64,000 nt of DNA, from positions 3,286,001-3,350,000 of the forward strand of contig CATNEN010000038.1 of assembly GCA_950097015.1 (NCBI GenBank), in the 5' to 3' direction. The notes beneath the pieces are model-generated. The model was given only the letters and a program-made list of their open reading frames with translations. It had not been told where the DNA came from and ran no database searches. Position numbers and translations under genes: made by a program. This stretch comes from Macrostomum hystrix. Its lineage: Eukaryota; Animalia; Platyhelminthes. Positions 1 to 10,522 of this stretch are shown piece by piece (within the stretch, counting starts at the first letter, position 1; every line of letters begins with the position of its first letter).

Positions 1-2
1 TA

Positions 3-1250
3 ACGCAAGAGTACACAGCTCTCATCGCCGCTCTCATCACTGTTGGAGCCGTCCTAGTGCTCTCCGTCGTTGTGTTCACTGTGGTAAATTGAACCGTTGA
101 TCATTGTGGCGCTTAGAGGTCAAAGTTGACAATTAAGGGCTCCTAGTTGGATAGAGAGCAGGGCAGAAGGGCCGTCAGTGGAACAGAGGGTGGATGACAG
201 ATCCAGATGGTGGATGGCAGATGCAGATGGTGGATGGCAGATCCAGATGGTGGATGGCAGATGCAGATGGTGGATGGCAGATGGTGAATGGCAGATGGTG
301 GATGGCAGATGGTGGATGGCAGATGGTGGATGGCAGATGGTGGATGGCAGATGGTGGATGGTGGATGGCAGATGGTGGATGGCAGATGGTGGATGGCAGA
401 TGGTGGATGGCAGATGGTGGATGGTGGATGGCAGATGGTGGATGGCAGATGGTGGATGGCAGATGGTGGATGGCAGATGGTGGATGGTGGATGGCAGATG
501 GTGGATGGCAGATGGTGGATGGCAGATGGTGGATGGTGGATGGCAGATGGTGGATGGTGGATAGCAGATGGTGGATGACAGATGGTGGATGGTGGATGAC
601 AGATCGTGGATGGCAGATGGTGGATGGCAGATGGTGGATGGTGGATGGCAGATGGTGGATGGTGGATGGTGGATGGTGGATGGCAGATGGTGGATGGCAG
701 ATGGTGGATGGTGGATAGCAGATGGTGGATGGTGGATGGTGGATGACAGATGGTGGATGGCAGATGGTGGATGGCAGATGGTGGATGGCAGATGGTGGAT
801 GGCAGATGGTGGATGGCAGATGGTGGATGGCAGATGGTGGATGGCAGATGGTGGATGGCAGATGGTGGATGGCAGATGGCAGATGGTGGATGGCAGATGG
901 TGGATGGTGGATGGCAGATGGTGGATGGCAGATGGTGGATGGTGGATGGCAGATGGTGGATGGCAGATGGTGGATGGCAGATGGTGGATGGGATGGTGGA
1001 TGGCAGATGGTGGATGGCAGATGGTGGATGGCAGATGGTGGATGGCAGATGGTGGATGGCAGATGGTGGATGGCAGATGGCAGATGGTGGATGGCAGATG
1101 GTGGATGGTGGATGGCAGATGGTGGATAGTCGAGTAGATACTGGCAAAGCAAATAAACCCCGTGCCCCATTCCAGATCTACGTGCTTCTCCTTCGGCGAC
1201 TAAGGAATAAAGAGGGCGGCATGACCGACGGGGCTGAGAGACTGAGCTAA
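3..1250 (+). CDS. 3' end of a single-pass (type I-like) membrane protein gene; exons <3-83 and 1176-1250 (gene begins upstream of the window)
   Basis: Phase-0 join GTG|gtaaat ... ttccag|ATC gives [51 protein letters not shown]: a hydrophobic helix, a basic stop-transfer segment and a short tail. Confidence 0.7.
186..1127. repeat. Intronic satellite built from 7-nt subunits GATGGTG/GATGGCA (14-nt dominant period)
   Basis: Directly visible tandem array filling most of the intron. Confidence 0.97.
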
Positions 1251-2251
1251 ATTCAACAAAGACCTGATCCAAATCTGAGAAAAAATCGACTCTTTCACTC
1301 TTGGTTTTTCCTAACTAGCTCAGTTTCTAATGCCGTATGTATGAGTAGTTTTTTTCGTTTGTTTACGATACGTAGGCTATAACAGGGTCATTTTGGTACT
1401 TTTAAATTATCTGTGCTTTGCAAATGAAATTAACCAAGGCAACTTCTGAAAGACTGGAGGCCGTATAAAAGTTGCAAATTTTTCGCTGTTCTTACATTTT
1501 CCTTAATTGTGATCAATTTTGAGCTCAAGAACTTTGATTCGTTATCTTTTCCGTTTGGCCCTTTGGTACGAGTATCTTTTGACAACGCAACAGATCTATT
1601 ATACCCTTCTCGCGATCTGTGGAATAAATAAATCACTGCCCACTTGTTTAAATTATGAATGGTCGTAAGCGACCTCGGACTACTTATTTTAAGATTTTAA
1701 GGCTAATAAGACTTAAACGTTAGAAAGACCATGGAGGTTATTTCCAATACCTTGTTTTCTTTTTTTTGTGTCTTCTAAGATATTGAACCGACCACCAAGA
1801 AAATCCAGTACACACGTTAAACTTCTCCGCTTCATCATATATAACAGCTTCCAGGGTCTTTGACAAGAATCGCTGACTATCTCTACGACGCTGACTCGAA
1901 CGGCATTGAAAATTAGTTCATCGTAAAGGACGGATAACTTTTTCGATATGGTGGACTTTCACGAAAATCGGTCATTCGGTTTGGGAGCTATCGTGAAAAG
2001 TAGGACACCAATCCTTCTACCACCCGTGCTATTTCTGCTGTTAAGGTTTTACATCGGCCAATAAATTCTTACTCGGCCGCATCGAGCCATCTAAAATTCC
2101 TACATCATGTATTTTACCCCAGCAAGTGTCTACCGCTTGAGTTAATGTATAATGGGACTGGATCATTTCGAGGAATTTTACCTGCGTGACTTCCGATAGG
2201 CTTAAAATTGTCAACTGTAGTCTGTAGTCGTCTGCAGTTGTTTTTCATATA

Positions 2252-3070
2252 CGAGGGATGTCCAAAAAGGCTTAGGAATTTTTCACATAGCTATTTTCAA
2301 CAGCTAGCAAGAGTAACAGCAACAAATTTATTTTATAGTGGCTTTATTTACAAATGACACAGTTAAAGAATTTTGAAAATACCACTAACTGTTCAAAAGT
2401 TATGCCTCCTTAACTGCAGTGGGTTACTGCATCTCAATACATGAACAGGAACTAAAATTTTGAAATCTCACAGAAATGAACCAAATTTAAACTTGTGCGC
2501 AAAATCTCTAGCGTGATGATGGTCCCACACTGCACAAAAGACACTCGAGGCAATAAAAAATGCAATTCAACCTCCTGCCTCACCCACCGTATTCACCCGA
2601 CCTGGCACCAGCTGATTTCGCCAGCTTCCCGAAGCTGAAGCAGCTTCTGAGGGGCAGAGTTCATGCCAACCGTGACTGCCGGGTGCGACGGGTTCTTGTC
2701 CACGAAATGCCAAGGCAGGCATATGCAGATGCCATTGACAGCATGCTTACCCAGTGGAAGAAGTGCATCCAACTGAAGGGTGACTATGTTGAGAAGGTCT
2801 CAGTTGCCACTTAGGACGACATTCTAACTTTTTTGAAGAGACAGCTGACCTGTTTCCTGTCGCTCCATATGCAGCCTCCATGTCCTTGTTCATGCAGTAC
2901 CCCACTGCAGTTAAGGAGGCATAACTTTTGAACAGTTAGTGATATTTTCAAAATTCTTTAACTGTCATGTGTAAATAAAGCCGCTATAAAATAAATTTGT
3001 TGCTGTTACTCTGGCTAGCTGTTGAAAAGAGCTACGTGAAAAAGTCCTAAGACTTTTTGGACACTTCTGG
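2252..3070 (+). mobile_element. Internally deleted mariner element with ~180-bp TIRs and TA TSD
   Basis: TA|CGAGGGATGTCCAAAAAG...CTTTTTGGACACTTCTGG|TA. TIRs ~2252-2432 and ~2892-3070. Residual transposase C-terminus HPPYSPDLAPADF...WKKCIQLKGDYVEK at 2560-2814. Confidence 0.92.
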
Positions 3071-3407
3071 TATATACACTAAAACATATAGTGCTAGCGA
3101 GCATTAACTGAAATACAAAAAATTCAATTTTAATCACCGTGATACCGTAACAATTAAACAAAGAAGGGAAGAAAAACGATTTAAGAAAAACAATACTCTC
3201 ACATTTATCCACCCAACAAAACTGCAATAACTTCAACCAGCTTTCGCGAATGCACTCACAGCCATATCTGACTGTCGGCCTCTCTCTGGCATATATTTTC
3301 TGCAGCACAAGCCGATACCAACAAACTCATTATCAACGCGCGGTAATGCATGGGGACCGAAGCAATAGTTGGGAACAGTGTCCGTAGAGAAGCAGCCAGC
3401 AACTAGC

Positions 3408-6400
3408 TCAGATGATGCCGATCTTATTGGCCACATCCAGGGCGTCGTGGTCGGCGCTAAGCTTGACGTAGGCCTTCTTAAGGCCGTCCGGCCTAATGAG
3501 AGTATTAACCTTGCTGGCCTCGATGTCATACAGCTTCTTGACCGCCGCCTTGATCAACGGCTTGCTAGCCCGCTTGTCAACAATGAACACAAGGGTGTTC
3601 TGCTCTTCGATCTTTTTCATTGACGACTCGGTGGTGAGCGGGTACTGCATGATTTTGAAGGCGTCCAACGGGTTACGCCTGGGCAGGGAACGACGGGCAT
3701 ACTTTGGCGCACGCGGCGGCCGATAGGTGTCCGGCCGTTTGAAGCGGGGCGTCGATCGGATCTTGCGCTTGCGCAACTGCTGGGTGCCCTTCAGCTGCTG
3801 GCCCTTGGCCTTGAGTGCCTTAGTAACTGTGGGTTGGAGAAGAAAAACTGATTAATGAATATCTATAAAACTCAAACACACAATTATCAGGAAAAATTAC
3901 GAAAATCTCAGGCCATAAGAGAAACGCAGAACTAGTTTTATGTGGAGAGTGGCATAGCTACTCTGAGAAGCGGCGGGGGAGGGCCGCCTATTTATCGATT
4001 GGCTGCTGCTCTCTCTCTCTCTGGGGAGTGTTTTTAATGCCCTGTGCGGAGCCACAGGGGCGGCTGTCCTGTTTCGCCCTCGTGTGCACATATTTTTCTT
4101 ATTTTATCTTCTTTTATTGCCAATGCCTCTGACTGCTCGGAATATACAGTATTCAGGATTATTTTAATCGCTCAAAGTCGCGACAAAGATCGTCTCGTCT
4201 CTGGGGGCTTTGTTCCCCCGCTTGTTCGTCTTGCTCGCCGTTGCCTTCTTTCCTCAGCGCTGTTCACTAGGTTAGCTTAATTCTACAGTAAGCAAGCCAA
4301 AAAAAATTTATTGTAAGCCAATCACATTCTAGATTGGAAGAGCAATAAATATAGTATGTATATTATTACATAATGTATATTAGTGTATATTATCACTACA
4401 TTATATAGTATGTATGTTAATTCATGTGGATGAGTTTTTTCAATATTGGGCCTAACTTAGATTAAACCCAAATAATCTAAATATACGAGTATCTAAAGGC
4501 TAAAATTATTGAAATTCATCACAAGAATCAGCAAGGCCTTACAAGGGACGTGATAAAATGCATCATTGAGAAATACAATTTGTTAAGATATATAATTTTT
4601 GTTTACTTCTTTTGTTGCTTTGTTTTACTGTTTTGTTTTGCTGCAATTTAAAATACTTTTCAATTTTTAATATGAATTTCGACTTATTTACATTTTAACT
4701 TAATTAGTCAGTGTAAGTGTAAAGGCATAAGTGACATCAAGACAAGTTACATGTAGTTAGTAGTCCTAGTCCTGGTTTGGTTTCCACAGTTGGTGTGCAT
4801 TGGAGTGCATTTGCTTGCCATTAGTGTGATTTTGGGGATTCGTTTTAGGTCATTTCTTGCATGCCTTTTACATGATCTGCACTATGGGCCACATGATAGG
4901 GACACTAATGAGCGAAAAAAAACCGGAAAAAATAAAAAAGATAAAAAACAATGCTATGTTCTGATGAAAAAAAGAACATACATTTTATTTTAAGAAAATA
5001 AAGCCTACTATCAATAGAAAGAACATAAAATTTACTTTACAACAAGTGTTTATATGCTACAATTAGTGCAAAAACTAAAGAGTTATGGTGCCAAAATTTG
5101 TTATTTTTAAAGTATTTGCTGTATGATCAAAATTTAGAAAAAAAAACTTTATATAGAACCTAAAAATTTTACTAAAGCATTGATGCTGAAAAATAAAAAT
5201 AAAAAATTAAGAAAGAGAATATAAAAATATATATTAACAATTCATTTTTAGTAAGACTGTTTTTTTACTTTGCAACTTTTTTGGTTGAAATTGTCTTTTT
5301 TCAATCATTGTTTATAATAATAGTGTTTTCCAAGTGTATCCCATCCCATTTAAATTTTATGTTGAATTTTATGTAAAATATGATACATTCAAACATTTTT
5401 ATTTTCCTTTAGCGGAATCTCCCAGAAACATCATACATGCACAACCTCCCAAATCTTAGCCGGCCGTGCGACTTATTAGCGCTTGGTCGATTGGTTTTTG
5501 CAACTTACCTTGCTTGGCCCCGGTTTCACCCGGCCGGTTCAGCTGGGTGTTGCGCATGTATGAGAAACATATTTCTCTAATGTACCCCTTTACGCATTTC
5601 AGATGGCTTTTGCAATTGACTGTAAATAGTAAATTGATGTCTATAGGACATTTATTTGTTAAACTATGGAATAGGAATGGCTTTGCCACTTCTTTAAAGC
5701 CAAAAGAGTTTTATATTGTAAACAAATGAACATGTCTCGTCAGCATAGTAATCCTATTCAATGTAAAATTGAAATTTAATACTTTAATACTGAGTGTTAA
5801 TAGAAAATATATGTATTCTATAGTGTAGATAATGAAAAATAAACTATATGCTTTTGAAATAAAAAATAAACATTTAAATTAAAAAAGTTATAGCAATTTT
5901 TTTGTTTTCTAAGTCAAATCTATCTGGTCATCTGGATTACAGCCCCTTATGGGAAAAATACATTACGAAAACAACTAAAATGTTGATCAAAAATTGTTAT
6001 AACTTTTTTATTACTTGACCAATTTTGATGAGTGAGGTGTCTTTTAACTCAGACAAGCAAGATCTGTAACACAAGAAAACCAAAAATATGGAATTTTTTA
6101 TTTTTAATTTCTTACTAGAGCCCTTACACATGATATATAAACAATTCAGAGAAAAATACTGTTCGAATACTGTTTTACATACTGCACTATAGACAATTGT
6201 TGTAAATATTTTATATTTTACATGTTTACATGTTTAACTAACATTTGTTTTAATAAAAAAATCTTAAAACATATATTTTATATTTAGAATATATCAAACA
6301 AAATATATACAAAATATCATAGAGTATTAAACTGCCATATGAATAACAATAGGAACTATTTGTTTGGCTTTTCTTTTTGGTAGTTGTTATTTGTCCGGTT

Positions 6401-8217
6401 AACCACCCAAGGACTTAATTTCTCCCCTTTCAATGAGCAGGAGCAACGATCCTCCCAAAGAACACTCTTGCCCTACTAATAGCCATCTTGAGTCTTGACC
6501 TCACAAAGACCAAACTATACCCTTGAACAAAGTTAGTCCCTGAAACAACCGAATTTCTGGAAAAGGTTTTACTTTTTTTAATTAACTGATAGGGTAATGT
6601 ATCATCAACCGAACAGTGTATCTTCAAAACCGAACAAGAATTTTGACTCCTTCCTTGGTCTTGTGCAAGATAGAAACAAGCTATTGTGTTTCACAGAACA
6701 ACTAATTTGAAAGTTGAAGAAACTATCTACAAGCTGAGGCATGATGTGCAATGAAGCATTAAGAGAAAAGAAAGATATTGATGTTTCAGTAGAAATTTTT
6801 ATTGCAAAAGCATACTTTTTAACAACATTTTTTCAGTATGTACTTTAAACAAAAATTGTATGTGGTTGCTTGCCAATTAAATGACCATAAATGTAGTTAT
6901 TTATAGAGCATGAAAAATTCTTTCAAATTACATAATTCATGATAGTTCACTCCTTAAAATAAGATTAAACCACTCACTCAAATTGTACAACCAAACATCA
7001 AATTCTCTGTTTGGTTTGAAGATACATGAAAATCATTGTTCGGTTTTAGATAAAAAGCAGGAATAACTTTTTTTCTATTTGACAAAATAGCAAAAGCAGA
7101 TACTTTTTAGAAAGATGTAACTGTTTTCTATAACTTGGCTTTTAATTTATCATCATATCTTAAATAGAAAATCTGTAGCTTAGGTTTGAAGTTAAAAAAA
7201 TACACATTCTTGTTTGGTTGATGATACATTACCCTAAGCGAAAATAATTTGAGACACAAACTTCAAATCTGAATGACTGTCCTTTTGTAGCTTGTTAATT
7301 ATTTTATCTTACAAATGATAGAGGTTCTCGTGGTAGCGCTACAACCCCTACAACCTCGATTAACCGGACGAATAATCAAACGGCTATTTGTCCAGTTAAC
7401 CGGACAAATAACAACTGCCTTTCTTTTGAGGGCCTAACACTTGCAATTTTAGGCCTTTTAGTAAATGGCAAGAAAAACTGTATATTCTTGCTACAAAAAA
7501 ATGAATTACTAAATTGCTTGGTTACAAAATTGAGGCTTTAATTTGTGAATAAGTATTGTGGATAGTTGTAATTTCTGGATCAAACTTGGTGAAAGCATAT
7601 TTAGTCAAATAGCCCTCTTGCAAATATACAGTTTAAAGGTATAAAAAACTATAATCATATTTTTGATTCTTTAAGAAATTTTCTGATGTTAATAAGCTTA
7701 GTCTAATTATAACTTAAATGCTTTACCATCCTAACAGTTAAATTCAAAGACTGTTGTGAACAGTAGTTGTTTGTGTTGCCATTTAGACCAAAGGCCATTA
7801 TTGTATGTGGCTGTTTTGTTGAGTGGCCATGGTAGCAAAAGGACACATAGATTAAAATAAACTCTACCTATTGTGTATACAACTAGTTATCTGTTATAAG
7901 TAGGTTGAGATAGATAACTACTTCAGTTTTGCTTAAAAAAGCTGTTTAACAAGTAGGGCCTAGAACAAGTAAAAAATTACACTTTAGGACTACATCTTGA
8001 AACAGAATTCTCAAAACCGAAGTTTTAAATCTGATAACTAGTGACGAATGAACTATTGAATGAGTAAAGTGGTAAATAATACATTAGATCACTAGCTAGC
8101 AATGATCAGATTAGTTTGAAATTAGGTTCAATTAACAGAACAACAGCAGAAGTAAAATATCTTACCAGACTTCTTTGCGGGGTCTCCCTTTGTTGCCTTT
8201 GGCTTCGTTGGGGCCAT
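3408..8217 (-). CDS. RPL23A: 60S ribosomal protein L23a (uL23); exons 8217-8166 and 3826-3408, 156 aa
   Basis: [17 protein letters not shown]|VTKALKAK...[23 protein letters not shown]...[34 protein letters not shown]. Canonical gtaag donor and cacag acceptor, phase 1. Confidence 0.96.
5432..5562. mobile_element. 131-bp MITE with CATACATGCRCAAC TIRs and 8-bp TSD (hAT- or P-like)
   Basis: AGAAACAT|CATACATGCACAAC...GTTGCGCATGTATG|AGAAACAT. Related copy at 40698-40970. Confidence 0.85.
6379..7419. mobile_element. Non-autonomous TIR element (GG termini, probable 9-bp TSD; MULE/Merlin-like) hosting a nested MITE
   Basis: GGTAGTTGTTATTTGTCCGGTTAAC / GTTAACCGGACAAATAACAACTGCC inverted ends. Flanks TTTCTTTTT / TTTCTTTTG (8/9). 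Confidence 0.7.
6592..7234 (+). mobile_element. GGG-terminated, TA-flanked MITE, copy 1
   Basis: TA|GGGTAATGTATCATCAACCGAACA...TGTTTGGTTGATGATACATTACCC|TA. Clearly homologous to 8718-9463. Confidence 0.88.
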
Positions 8218-8526
8218 CTCCAAACGATTACTTTGAATTGATAAAAAGCTTAACTATGCAATGGACACTAAAGTCTAGCACAAAAATTGTGTGGATCTAA
8301 ACTTGTGAGGACGGGTCAATACGGTAAATTTTTATTTAAATTTTGCTAAGTTTCTTTTATACTAGTTTGATTATTTAATGAAAAGCAGTTAAAGCAATAT
8401 TTTAGCAAAGAGACATATTTTTTTACTTCTTCATAATATATGAAAAGCTTAACCTTTTGTTTTAAATGTAAAAAACTTTTTTAGCAAAATACCGGAAGAT
8501 GCTAATAATAGATTGGTCTATTTTAC

Positions 8527-9625
8527 AGCTTAGAAACTTTGTCTGACTCGGAATATTCCGACACTTATTCCGACAGTTAATGTCTTATACATTACTTGTT
8601 GGCATATTCTGACAGCTATTCCGACAGTTATTCCGACTCGAAAGTCAGTTTGTTTAAATACACGCTCAGACAGTTAATTTCGAGTCGGAATAACTGTCTG
8701 AGAGCTTATAAGATGTAGGGTAATGTATCATCAACCGAACAGTGTATCTTCAAAACTAAACAAGAATTTTGAATCCTTCCTTGGTCTTGTGCAAGACCTA
8801 TGTGAGGTCAAGACTCAAGATGGCTATTAGCAGGGCAAGAGTGTTCTTTGGGAGGATCGTTGCTCCTGCTCATTGCAAAACACAAGCTAGGCCTATTGTG
8901 TTTCACAGAACAACTAATTTGAAAGTTGAAGAAATTTTCTACAAGCTGATGCATGACATGCAATGAAGCATTAAGTGGAAAGAAAGATATTGACGTTTCA
9001 GTGGAAATTTTTATTGCAAAAGCATACTTTTTTAACAACATTTTTTCAGTATGTACTTTAGATGAAGATTGTATGTGGTAGCTTGCCAATTAAATAACCA
9101 TAGGGGCCTAATCGTAGTTATTTATAAAGCATGAAAAATGCTTTCAAATGACATAACTCATGATAGTTCACTCCTTAAAATAAGATTAAACCACTCACTC
9201 AAATTGTAAAACTGAACATCAAATTCTCCATTTGGTTTGAAGATACATAAAAATCGTTGTTCAGTTTTAGATGAAAAGTGGGAATAACTTTTTTTCTATT
9301 TGACAAAATAGCAAAAGCAGATACTTTTTAGAAAGATGTAACTGTTTTCTATAACTTGGCTTTTGATTTATCATCATATCTTTAATAGAAAATCTGTAGC
9401 TTAGGTTTGAAGTTAAAAAAATACACATTCTTGTTTGGTTGATGATAGGCCTACATTACCCCCTATGCATGTAATTTCAAGTCGGAATAACTGTCTGAGT
9501 GTGTATTTAAACAAACTGACTTTCGAGTCGGAAAAACTGTCAGAATATGCCGATAGGTAATGTATAGCACATTAACTGTTGGAATAAGTGTCGGAATATT
9601 CCGAGTAGGACAAAGTTTCTAAGCT
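8527..9625. mobile_element. Foldback/MULE-like element with ~150-bp TIRs and a perfect 9-bp TSD, hosting a nested MITE
   Basis: CTATTTTAC|AGCTTAGAAACTTTGTC...GACAAAGTTTCTAAGCT|CTATTTTAC. Arms rich in TTCCGAC motifs. Confidence 0.88.
8718..9463 (+). mobile_element. GGG-terminated, TA-flanked MITE, copy 2 (longer)
   Basis: Same TIR as 6592-7234, with an extra ~80-bp internal segment and three GGCCTA-type insertions. Confidence 0.88.
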
Positions 9626-10522
9626 CTATTTTACTGGCGTGACTCTCTAGTCCCAGTCATAATACTGTTCCCTATCTCTCTTTGCTTAAATCGCTTGGAT
9701 TTTATTTGTCTCCATATGTAGAAGTATGATATACTTCGCACCTACTCCCGCAATTTACTAGTCCACTGTGGATTCCGCATTTAACTGGGCCTAGGGCCTA
9801 GGCCTACCAGTGACAGGCTTATTCATCATGTAAACTTGGGCTTCTAAATGTTTTAAAAGGCCAATTTGCCTTATATCACACACACAATGCTAGGCCTAGT
9901 TATAGTGCATAGCTAGCCTAGACCTAGACCTATCTCTATATTCTGCATCTGCAGACTGCAGTTAGTATAGCCTAGCTAATGGCCCTTGGCATAGGTGCTT
10001 GGCCTATAGGCCTAGGCCCTAGCTAATTATACAATTATTTGCTAATTGTATAATACTGTTGGGCATGTATTTTTCTGAATGAGTCAATGGGCCTAACACA
10101 ATTGAATTTGAACACTGAATCTATGCCAAGTGAATTCACTGAATTGCATCTTTGAAACTTAAAGTAGGGGTTGTTGAATGTTTTGGTAGAGCATAGAAAT
10201 ACTAGTCTCTTCATCAACTGCAGTTTCATCAAATGGGTGCCCTTATTTTTAGTTGACAAAGTGACCAGAATTGCCAATGCCTAGTCTTAGTCACCAATAC
10301 TCCACCTTATCTCTAAACAACATGCAAAGTAGGGGTCTAAATAGATGATTGACTAGGCCTATTGATTGACAAAATTTTTTAAATTTGACATTTCTGAATT
10401 CTGAAAATGCAATCAGACAGCTAAATTGAATTGAATGCTCAGAATCTATTCAGCTATATAAGGCTATGTCAATAGGCATTGTAGTGCAATTGGTGTCCAC
10501 TGTCTAGCTGATATCAGTAGTG

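Noticed and set aside
143-1272. Long repetitive ORFs ([12 protein letters not shown] / WWMADGG)
   Set aside because: Translations of an intronic satellite, open in several frames on both strands.
3827-8165. Intronic snoRNA in RPL23A
   Set aside because: No convincing C/D or H/ACA box arrangement seen by eye; a covariance search would be needed.
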